64,000 bases of DNA. It comes from an uncultured Hyphomonadaceae bacterium (lineage in GTDB: Bacteria > Pseudomonadota > Alphaproteobacteria > Caulobacterales > Hyphomonadaceae). Positions within the stretch are counted from its first letter, which is position 1. Every line of letters begins with the position of its first letter. The stretch spans positions 13,296 to 77,295 of the forward strand of contig CAZDMQ010000004.1 of NCBI GenBank assembly GCA_964506685.1, given 5' to 3'. Below are positions 57,645 to 64,000 of the stretch, piece by piece. The translations under genes were made by a program, and so were the position numbers. The notes under the pieces are model-generated. The model did not search any database and was not told where the DNA came from. It worked only from the letters and a program-made list of their open reading frames with translations.

Positions 57645-59654
57645 CTATGCCAGTTCGATCATCACCTCGTCGGCTGCCACGCTGTCACCGCCGGCGACAT
57701 TCACAGCCCGGACCGTGCCATCGGCCTCGGCACGGATGATGTTCTGCATCTTCATCGCCTCGACGACGCAGACCGCCTCGCCCGCCTTCACCTCCTGTCC
57801 GGCGGCGACATCGACCGACACGACCAGTCCCGGCATCGGCGAAACGATCAGTTTCGACGTGTCGGGCTTGGGTTTCTCCGGAAGGGTGGCGTGCAGGGCG
57901 GCGATATCGGGCGTGCAGACCAGCGCCCGCCGGGTCACGCCCCTGTGGCGCATCACATAGCCTTCGGTGCGGTCGGCAAACTTCACCGCGACCGGTTCGC
58001 CGTCCAGCATGCCCTCGACGAGGTGCGTGCCCGGCTTCCAGTCCGACACGAAGGTATGGGCCTCGCCCGCGATGGTGATGGTGGCCTCACCGGGACCGTC
58101 ATCGGGACCGGGATCCAGCGTCACCGGGTAGTGATCATCACCGAGAATGACGACCCAGTCCCTGCGGGCTTCCCCGGTCGCCGTGACGCGGCCGGAAATC
58201 TTTCCGGCGCGGCGGGCGAACGTGCCATGCACGAAGGCCGAGGCGACGATCAGGGCCCGTCGCTGGTGGTCGGTCGGCTCGACGCCCTGGAAGCCGTCGG
58301 GAAATTCATCCTTGATATAGGCCGTGGTGATGTCGCCGGAGCGGAAGCGCGGCTCGTCCATGACTGCGGCGCAGAAGGGGATGTTGTCCTGGATGCCTTC
58401 GATGTGGAACCGGTCGAGGGCGGCAGCCTGGACGTCGAGCGCCTCGTCCCGCGTCGCCCCATGGGTGACGAGCTTGGCGATCATCGGGTCGTAGAACATC
58501 GAGATCTCGTCGCCCTCGCGAACGCCGGAGTCCATGCGGACCGTGCCGCCGTTGAGCGGCCCCTCCGCCGGGGGGTGGAACCGTTTCAGCCGCCCGATCG
58601 AGGGCAGGAAGTTGCGATAGGGGTCCTCGGCATAGACCCGGGTCTCGACGGCCCAGCCATTGATCTTCAGGTCGCGCTGCCTGATCTCCAGCTTCTCGCC
58701 GGCCGCCACGCGCAGCATCTGTTCCACGAGGTCGACCCCCGTGATCATCTCGGTCACCGGGTGCTCCACCTGCAGGCGGGTGTTCATCTCGAGGAAGTAG
58801 AAGCTCTTGTCGACGCCGGAGGCCACGAACTCGACGGTGCCGGCGCTGTCGTAACCGACCGCCCTGGCCAGCGCCACGGCCTGTTCGCCCATCTTCTTGC
58901 GGGTTGTCGCATCGAGCAGCGGGCTCGGCGCTTCCTCAATGACTTTCTGGTTGCGCCTCTGGATCGAGCATTCGCGCTCGAACAGGTAAAGGCAGTTGCC
59001 ATGCTTGTCGCCGAGCACCTGGATCTCGACATGCCGAGGACTCTCAATGAATTTCTCGATGAAGGTCCGGTCATCGCCGAACGAGGCGCTGGCCTCGGCG
59101 ATCACGGCCGGAAAGCCCTCCTCGACCTCCTTGTCGGAATAGGCCACGCGGATGCCCTTGCCGCCGCCGCCCGCCGACGCCTTGATCATCACCGGGTAGC
59201 CGATCTCGCGCGAGATCTTCACGGCCTCCTCTGTGCTGGCGATGAGGCCCATGTGGCCCGGAACGGTCGACACGCCGGCCTCGGCAGCGAGCTTCTTGGA
59301 GCTGATCTTGTCGCCCATCGCCTCGATCGCCCCGGGATTGGGACCGATGAAGGTGATCTTCTCGTCGGCCAGCCGCTGTGCAAAGGCCGGGTTCTCCGAC
59401 AGGAAGCCGAAGCCCGGATGCACCGCTTCGGCGCCGGTCTGCCGCACGGCATCGACGATCTTGTCCATGTCCAGATAGGACTGCGCTGCCGGTGGCGGTC
59501 CGATATGCACCGCCTCGTCCGCCATCTCGACCGCAAGCGACCCTGCATCGGCGTCGGAATACACGACGACGGTCTTCACGCCGAGCCGCTGGCAGGTCCT
59601 GATGACCCGCACCGCGATCTCGCCCCTGTTTGCGATCAGGATTTTCTCGAACAT
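57645..59654 (-). CDS. biotin-dependent acyl-CoA carboxylase alpha subunit (biotin carboxylase + BCCP; PccA/MccA-type)
   Basis: MFEKILIANRGEIA N-terminus, an ATP-grasp domain and a C-terminal biotinylation motif EAMKMQN. 669 aa. Confidence 0.9.
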   Translation of the reverse strand: MFEKILIANRGEIAVRVIRTCQRLGVKTVVVYSDADAGSLAVEMADEAVHIGPPPAAQSYLDMDKIVDAVRQTGAEAVHPGFGFLSENPAFAQRLADEKITFIGPNPGAIEAMGDKISSKKLAAEAGVSTVPGHMGLIASTEEAVKISREIGYPVMIKASAGGGGKGIRVAYSDKEVEEGFPAVIAEASASFGDDRTFIEKFIESPRHVEIQVLGDKHGNCLYLFERECSIQRRNQKVIEEAPSPLLDATTRKKMGEQAVALARAVGYDSAGTVEFVASGVDKSFYFLEMNTRLQVEHPVTEMITGVDLVEQMLRVAAGEKLEIRQRDLKINGWAVETRVYAEDPYRNFLPSIGRLKRFHPPAEGPLNGGTVRMDSGVREGDEISMFYDPMIAKLVTHGATRDEALDVQAAALDRFHIEGIQDNIPFCAAVMDEPRFRSGDITTAYIKDEFPDGFQGVEPTDHQRRALIVASAFVHGTFARRAGKISGRVTATGEARRDWVVILGDDHYPVTLDPGPDDGPGEATITIAGEAHTFVSDWKPGTHLVEGMLDGEPVAVKFADRTEGYVMRHRGVTRRALVCTPDIAALHATLPEKPKPDTSKLIVSPMPGLVVSVDVAAGQEVKAGEAVCVVEAMKMQNIIRAEADGTVRAVNVAGGDSVAADEVMIELA

Positions 59655-59767
59655 TCTGGCCCCGGCTGCTGCTTATTGTTCTGTGATTCTGCTGCCGTGA
59701 GTTAGAGGCCGGGAGCGAACTTGTCCATCATTGCACGCCCTGCCGCTTCACAGGTTGCAATGAGGGG

Positions 59768-60814
59768 TCAGGCCAGGGCGACAAGAGCGGCCGTGAATCC
59801 CGGCAAGTGCCGGTCCAGCAACCGGACCAGCGCGCGCTCGGCCGGCGAGACCGACGCGGACACGTCCCGGTCCCAGCCAAGCCTGTCCAGGACCCACTGA
59901 CCGCCTGTCTCTGAAGACCCGGCGGCCTGGCGACCCGACACCTCGAGAAGCGAAGCGCGCGCCGTCTCTGCCCTTGTTCGATCGCCGGTCATGCGTTCGA
60001 ACCCCGAGTCCTTGCCGAGCGCTTCGGCCATGGCCGACAGCGCCTGCCGGACAGGGCGCGCCGTATCGGCAAGCCAGGGCTCGCGTTGCAACAGGTCCAG
60101 GGCCGTTTCCGGCGCCGGATGCGCCGTCGCCAGAAGGTGATTGGCGACCGCACGGGCAAGCAGATCGTTCCACGCCGTATCATTCGCGGCAAAGCCGATC
60201 GTGTCGTTCAGGCGGAGCAGGGTGGCGGCCTCGAACCGGCCTATCCAGTCCTCACCCCCATCGGGGCGAGCCAGCAAGACCTCGCGAAGGCGTTGAACAG
60301 CCGCGGCATCGGCCTGGCCCTGCGCGGCAATCGAGCCGGCGAGGCTGGAGAGCGTAAACCGGAAGAGACGCTGGGGAACTCCATCGGCCCGGCGGCACAG
60401 CCCGACCAGCAGGTCGATCCCCGTGGCATCGACCGGGCGGTCCTCGAGGTGGCAGGCCCCAATGGAGCGGGCCCCGACGGAGCGGGTGACTGCGCTGGCT
60501 TCGCTGCCGTTCGGCTCCCGGACCGGTCCACCGAGCTGGCCAATCAGCCAGTCGGCGCCGGTCTCGCTGATCCGTCCCGGCGTCTCCGCCAGTGGGCCGA
60601 GGAGAAAGTCGCAGATGGCACCCAAGAAGCTCTGACGCCACTGCCGGTCAGCGTGCCGGAACCGGCGGCTGAGCGTGAACAGGCTCTCGGCTTCTCGGGT
60701 TGAACCGACACCTTCGGCATGGATGTCCCTGACCAACGTGCGCGCCTGGCTTTCAGTCGCCTCGCCCAGCGTTTCGAGCCGGTCCAGCAGGGCCTGGCTG
60801 CGCGCATCGTCCAT
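59768..60814 (-). CDS. hypothetical protein (helical, internally repetitive)
   Basis: 348 aa with protein-like composition. Lies 113 nt upstream of the carboxylase alpha subunit on the same strand. No family recognised with confidence. Confidence 0.6.
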   Translation of the reverse strand: MDDARSQALLDRLETLGEATESQARTLVRDIHAEGVGSTREAESLFTLSRRFRHADRQWRQSFLGAICDFLLGPLAETPGRISETGADWLIGQLGGPVREPNGSEASAVTRSVGARSIGACHLEDRPVDATGIDLLVGLCRRADGVPQRLFRFTLSSLAGSIAAQGQADAAAVQRLREVLLARPDGGEDWIGRFEAATLLRLNDTIGFAANDTAWNDLLARAVANHLLATAHPAPETALDLLQREPWLADTARPVRQALSAMAEALGKDSGFERMTGDRTRAETARASLLEVSGRQAAGSSETGGQWVLDRLGWDRDVSASVSPAERALVRLLDRHLPGFTAALVALA

Positions 60815-61007
60815 GAAACGTGGCTCCTGACAGCATTCAAAGCAATCGGTTCATGTTAACGCCAGCGTGTTTTGATCGCGTTAATGCCTTGCCGCGACGG
60901 TCTGCACGCCGTCCCCCATGAAGCTGCGACCGATTTCGTCTTATCGAATATTGATAAAAATCCCGACACCGGTTATGCCAACCCAAATACTGCCTGGATC
61001 GTCGACC

Positions 61008-61532
61008 ATGCCCCTGAAATCTCTTATCTTCTCGGCCAGAGGACGCATCGGCCCGCGCGACTTCCTGCGCGGCGTGATCGTCCTGCTTGCCGTGACCATC
61101 GTGAACCAGGTCCTCGGTGTCTATGGCGGTGTCGCCTTTGCCCCGGTGTCGCTGATCGTGAGCCTCGGCCTGCTTTACGGCTATGTCTGCGTCTACGGAA
61201 AGCGCCTGCATGACCGGGGATTGTCGGCCTGGCTCTTCATTCCGGCCTTCATTGCCTATCTCCTCCTCGACATGATCTTCCAGTCGCTGATGACGCCGGT
61301 GCTGGCGCCCGGCGCCGCCGAGCTGCAAGCCGGCATGGCCGACATGATCAGCCGGGGACGGCTCGAGGATGCCGTCGTGTTCATGCAGGATCTTGCGCGC
61401 GAGATCCTTTTTACCGCCCTGCTTTCGGGGATCCTTGTCAATGCCATCCTCGCCGCAATCCTGGCCCGGCTCCGGTCCGAACCCGGCGTCAACCCCTATG
61501 GTCCGCCGCCGCCGGACGCCACCGGATCCTGA
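61008..61532 (+). CDS. DUF805 family inner-membrane protein
   Basis: GRIGPRDFLRG N-terminal motif and KRLHDRGLSAW loop motif. ATG at 61008. Confidence 0.7.
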   Translation: MPLKSLIFSARGRIGPRDFLRGVIVLLAVTIVNQVLGVYGGVAFAPVSLIVSLGLLYGYVCVYGKRLHDRGLSAWLFIPAFIAYLLLDMIFQSLMTPVLAPGAAELQAGMADMISRGRLEDAVVFMQDLAREILFTALLSGILVNAILAAILARLRSEPGVNPYGPPPPDATGS

Positions 61533-61547
61533 AGCGAAAGCCATTCC

Positions 61548-62291
61548 ATGACCGAGACCGCACCTGTCGACCCCCATCGTCCCTGGATAGATGATCCCGC
61601 TGATGCGCCAGCCAGCATGCAGTGGCTGCCCTCTCTGCTTGACCCGCTGGGAGAGACATCAAGGCTGCATTTCACAAGGGCCTGGACGCTGCTCTTCTTC
61701 GCGCGCCTGCTGGTGTTCGTGGGGCCGGTCATCGCGGTGGCGCTGCTGGCTGCAGCGGGCGCGAAGGAGCCAGCATCCTACGGGCCACCGGTCTGGTTCT
61801 TCCCGCTTTTCCTCGTGGTCACGGCATTGATGTCGACCGTGCTGCATATCCGGCGACTCAGCAATGCGAAGCGCAGCCCGCTCTGGGCCGTGCTGGTAAT
61901 GGTGCCCGTGCTCGTCGGGTTTGCCGGCTTCATCGCGGGCGGGATGCAGGGGACCGCGCAGTACCGGGAGGCTCTGGACCAGTTGCACAATCCGGCCCCG
62001 CCGGCAGCCATGGACCGCACCGATCCAACCGGTGACACGTCCGCTGTGGCGGATGAAACCGGCGAGGGCGAGCGCGCGTCCCGCGAGGAACGGCTCGACC
62101 CGACAAAGGTTTCTGCGCGCGAACATGCATTCAGGACGGCCCTTTCCATGGCGCAGCTCGCCTGGGCGGGTCCGAGTTTCCTCGTGATGCTGTGGAGTCT
62201 GCTCTGGGTGGGACGCCTGCCGAATGGCGGCGGAACGATAGATGGCCGGCTGGCCCGCATGCGCGCTGAGCAGCTGACCGAGCGGTTCTAG
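61548..62291 (+). CDS. DUF805-like membrane protein (diverged paralog with long acidic tail)
   Basis: SRLHFTRAW... and IRRLSNAKRSPLW mirror the DUF805 motifs. 247 aa. Confidence 0.6.
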   Translation: MTETAPVDPHRPWIDDPADAPASMQWLPSLLDPLGETSRLHFTRAWTLLFFARLLVFVGPVIAVALLAAAGAKEPASYGPPVWFFPLFLVVTALMSTVLHIRRLSNAKRSPLWAVLVMVPVLVGFAGFIAGGMQGTAQYREALDQLHNPAPPAAMDRTDPTGDTSAVADETGEGERASREERLDPTKVSAREHAFRTALSMAQLAWAGPSFLVMLWSLLWVGRLPNGGGTIDGRLARMRAEQLTERF

Positions 62292-62394
62292 CGCAGTTTC
62301 AAGCGAAGTGGGCACCGGTTCGCGTCAGGAAAATGCGCAAAGACAGAAAGCTGGCGCATCTTCGTCGACGCTGAATGAGAGGACGATGCGCTAG
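62288..62394 (+). repeat. 107-nt structured intergenic element, copy 2 (8-bp terminal inverted repeats)
   Basis: Runs CTAGCGCAG...GATGCGCTAG and fills the whole intergenic gap. Both flanking convergent genes end on the TAG inside its termini. Confidence 0.7.
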
Positions 62395-63164
62395 CCCTGA
62401 CCCTCTCTTGCCGCGCCGGGCCTGGCGATCCGGCCGGGCGCTGTCGTCAGCTCCGGCGGTGCGGTGGTCACAGTTCTGGTTGCAAACACCTCTTCGAAGG
62501 CTGAGCGAAGCGTTGTGTCGACCTCTGCCATGCTGATGACGTGGCCGAGATCGAGCAGGCTGGTCACCCCGAAGCGTGGATCGCGGATCCCGCATGGCGT
62601 GATACCGCCGAAGTGCGACAGGTCGGGCTCCACATTGAGGGCGATGCCGTGAAAGCTCACCCAGCGCTTCAGGCGGATGCCGATGGCCGCGATCTTGTCC
62701 TCGCGCAGTCCGCTGCCGGGGCGGGTCCTGTCGACCCAGACGCCGACCCGGCCCTCGCGCGTGCCGGCCTCGACATTGAATCCGGCCAGCGCGGCGATGA
62801 TCCAGGCTTCCAGCGTCTCGACGAAGGCCCGCACATCGCGTCCGCGCCGGGCCACGTCCAGCATCACATACGCGACCCGCTGGCCGGGCCCATGATAGGT
62901 GTATTCCCCACCCCGACCGGTCCTGTGCACGGGGAACCTGTCCCGGTCGAGCAGGTCGCCTGCGCGGGCGCTGGTACCGGCCGTGAACAGCGGTGGATGC
63001 TCGACCAGCCAGACTAGCTCCGGCGCGCCGCTCTCCCTGATCGCGCGCGCGCGCATCTCCATCGCCAGGACAGCCGGCTCATAGGGCGTGAGCCCCTCGG
63101 AAATGGCCCAGTGCACATCCGGAGCCGAAATACGATCAAGGTGGTCGGGAACGGACATAACCAC
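62391..63164 (-). CDS. lipB: lipoyl(octanoyl) transferase
   Basis: The [21 protein letters not shown] signature and a later catalytic Cys region (GGITPCG). Confidence 0.9.
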   Translation of the reverse strand: MVMSVPDHLDRISAPDVHWAISEGLTPYEPAVLAMEMRARAIRESGAPELVWLVEHPPLFTAGTSARAGDLLDRDRFPVHRTGRGGEYTYHGPGQRVAYVMLDVARRGRDVRAFVETLEAWIIAALAGFNVEAGTREGRVGVWVDRTRPGSGLREDKIAAIGIRLKRWVSFHGIALNVEPDLSHFGGITPCGIRDPRFGVTSLLDLGHVISMAEVDTTLRSAFEEVFATRTVTTAPPELTTAPGRIARPGAAREGQG

Positions 63165-63236
63165 ACTATAAGCATGATTTCAGGGCTTCACAGGGTCCGC
63201 CTGAGCCATTATAGCGGCGGTTCGCTGACGAACCGT

Positions 63237-63321
63237 GCGGTCGTGGCGGAACTGGTAGACGCGCAGCGTTGAGGTCGCTGTGGGGCAACCCGTGGAGGTT
63301 CGAGTCCTCTCGACCGCACCA
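63237..63321 (+). tRNA. tRNA-Leu (anticodon GAG)
   Basis: Folds by hand. Acceptor stem is GCGGTCG/CGACCGC. Anticodon stem is CAGCG/CGCTG with loop TTGAGGT. There is a long variable arm, T arm GGAGG-TTCGAGT-CCTCT, and an encoded CCA. Confidence 0.9.
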
Positions 63322-63380
63322 TTTTTCTCAAGTCAGATTTCTTACAGTACAAAAATTTTATTGAGAAATATCGACCTCTC

Positions 63381-63409
63381 GGAAGGGTCGAACTCCTCAC
63401 GCCGCACCA
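63381..63409 (+). repeat. degenerate duplicate of the tRNA-Leu 3' end (att-like)
   Basis: GGAAGGGTCGAACTCCTCACGCCGCACCA compared with the tRNA's GGAGGTTCGAGTCCTCTCGACCGCACCA. It is separated from the tRNA by about 60 nt of AT-rich sequence. Confidence 0.45.
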
Positions 63410-63451
63410 GCTGTTCTACAATTCTGGGGCAAATTGGCATTCAATGAGGTC

Positions 63452-63628
63452 ATGATGAAGCCTGACCGATACTTCCAGAAGCGCGGCCATTCCTGGTACT
63501 GCTAACGGCGCGTTCCTGCAAAATTTTCCGCCTTTGACGATCGCGGATCCATTTGGCTCGCGCTGGGGACCACCTCCCTCGACCCGGCGCTTCATGCCCG
63601 AAGGCCAGCTGCCGGTGGCGGCCTGGCG
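63452..63628 (+). pseudogene. tyrosine recombinase/integrase N-terminal remnant
   Basis: Translates as MMKPDRYFQKRGHSWYC*RRVPAKFSAFDDRGSIWLALGTTSLDPA. This matches the Y(L/F)xxRGxxWY.RRxVP...SLGT pattern of integrase N-termini. It has an in-frame TAA at 63503 and the catalytic domain is absent. Confidence 0.5.
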
Positions 63629-63949
63629 CACCGCTCAGATCGCTGCAGCCAGTACGTCTCGATCAAGTATACCGAGCGCCTTGCCGAGGCGGGCCTGGAG
63701 CCTTCCGTCGGCAGCGTTGGCGACAGTTACGACAACGCATTGGCCGAGCCGATCATCGGCCTGTTCAAGACCGAGGTCATTCACCGGTGCGGTCCGTGGA
63801 AATCGCTTGATGCCGTCGAATATGCCACGCTCGAATGGGTCGACTGGTTTAACCACAGGAGACTTCTGGAGCCCATCGGCCATATCCCGCCCGCAGAAGC
63901 AGAGAACAATTTCTATGCAGTCGAGGCGCAAACCGCTATGGCTGCATGA
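63629..63949 (+). mobile_element. truncated IS3-family transposase (C-terminal rve/DDE part only)
   Basis: Reads H-RSDRCSQYVSIKYTERLAEAGLEPSVGSVGDSYDNALAEPIIGLFKTEVIH...WVDWFNHRRLLEPIGHIPPAE. Shows the HSDrGsQY and DNAlaE motifs. It has no N-terminal half and no orfA. Confidence 0.75.
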
Positions 63950-64000
63950 CCCAAACCAAATGGCCTCCGGGGTTACCGGGGAGGTTCACTGCGCTCATGT

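Noticed and set aside
1-64000. Searched for CRISPR arrays, rRNA, additional tRNAs, tmRNA, RNase P and SRP RNAs.
   Set aside because: No regularly spaced direct repeats with unique spacers were seen, and no recognisable conserved cores of these RNAs apart from the single tRNA-Leu.

Overview
High-GC (roughly 64-65% by eye) chromosomal segment that looks alphaproteobacterial. The evidence is conserved synteny (yfgM-bamB-der, glnD-murJ-trpS, radA-cvpA-purF, tsaB-rimI-fur, divergent tyrS/anmK), a one-cysteine DksA, and CtrA/GANTC-like promoter signatures. I call about 55 protein genes, one tRNA-Leu(GAG), a vapBC toxin-antitoxin pair, several small repeats, and a degraded integrase/IS3 junction at the 3' edge. 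Most of the window is ordinary housekeeping DNA. It is notably rich in envelope or secreted peptidases (M28, M3, S8 autotransporter, S9, M14) and CoA-ester metabolism genes. I did not find a convincing novel multi-gene system, and I say so plainly. The best leads are listed below. (1) A ~105-nt structured intergenic element with CTAGCGCA/TGCGCTAG termini, present in two full copies plus one hairpin-only relative; each full copy sits directly on the stop codon of the gene upstream of it. (2) A genomic-island boundary at tRNA-Leu, with a duplicated tRNA 3' end, an integrase N-terminal remnant and a truncated IS3 transposase; the island continues beyond the window. (3) vapBC wedged, with start/stop overlaps, between an enoyl-CoA hydratase and an acyl-CoA dehydrogenase. 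(4) A SphB1/NalP-like lipidated subtilisin autotransporter with poly-Gly and poly-Pro tracts. (5) A secreted glycine-zipper protein carrying an Asp-flanked (R/H)GY repeat. (6) Seven 15-bp periodic repeats in a divergent promoter/5' UTR. (7) An orphan FliM-like gene preceded by clustered GANTC sites and a CtrA-like box. The many very long ORFs antisense to real genes are high-GC artefacts. All family assignments come from motif recognition by eye; no database search was run.
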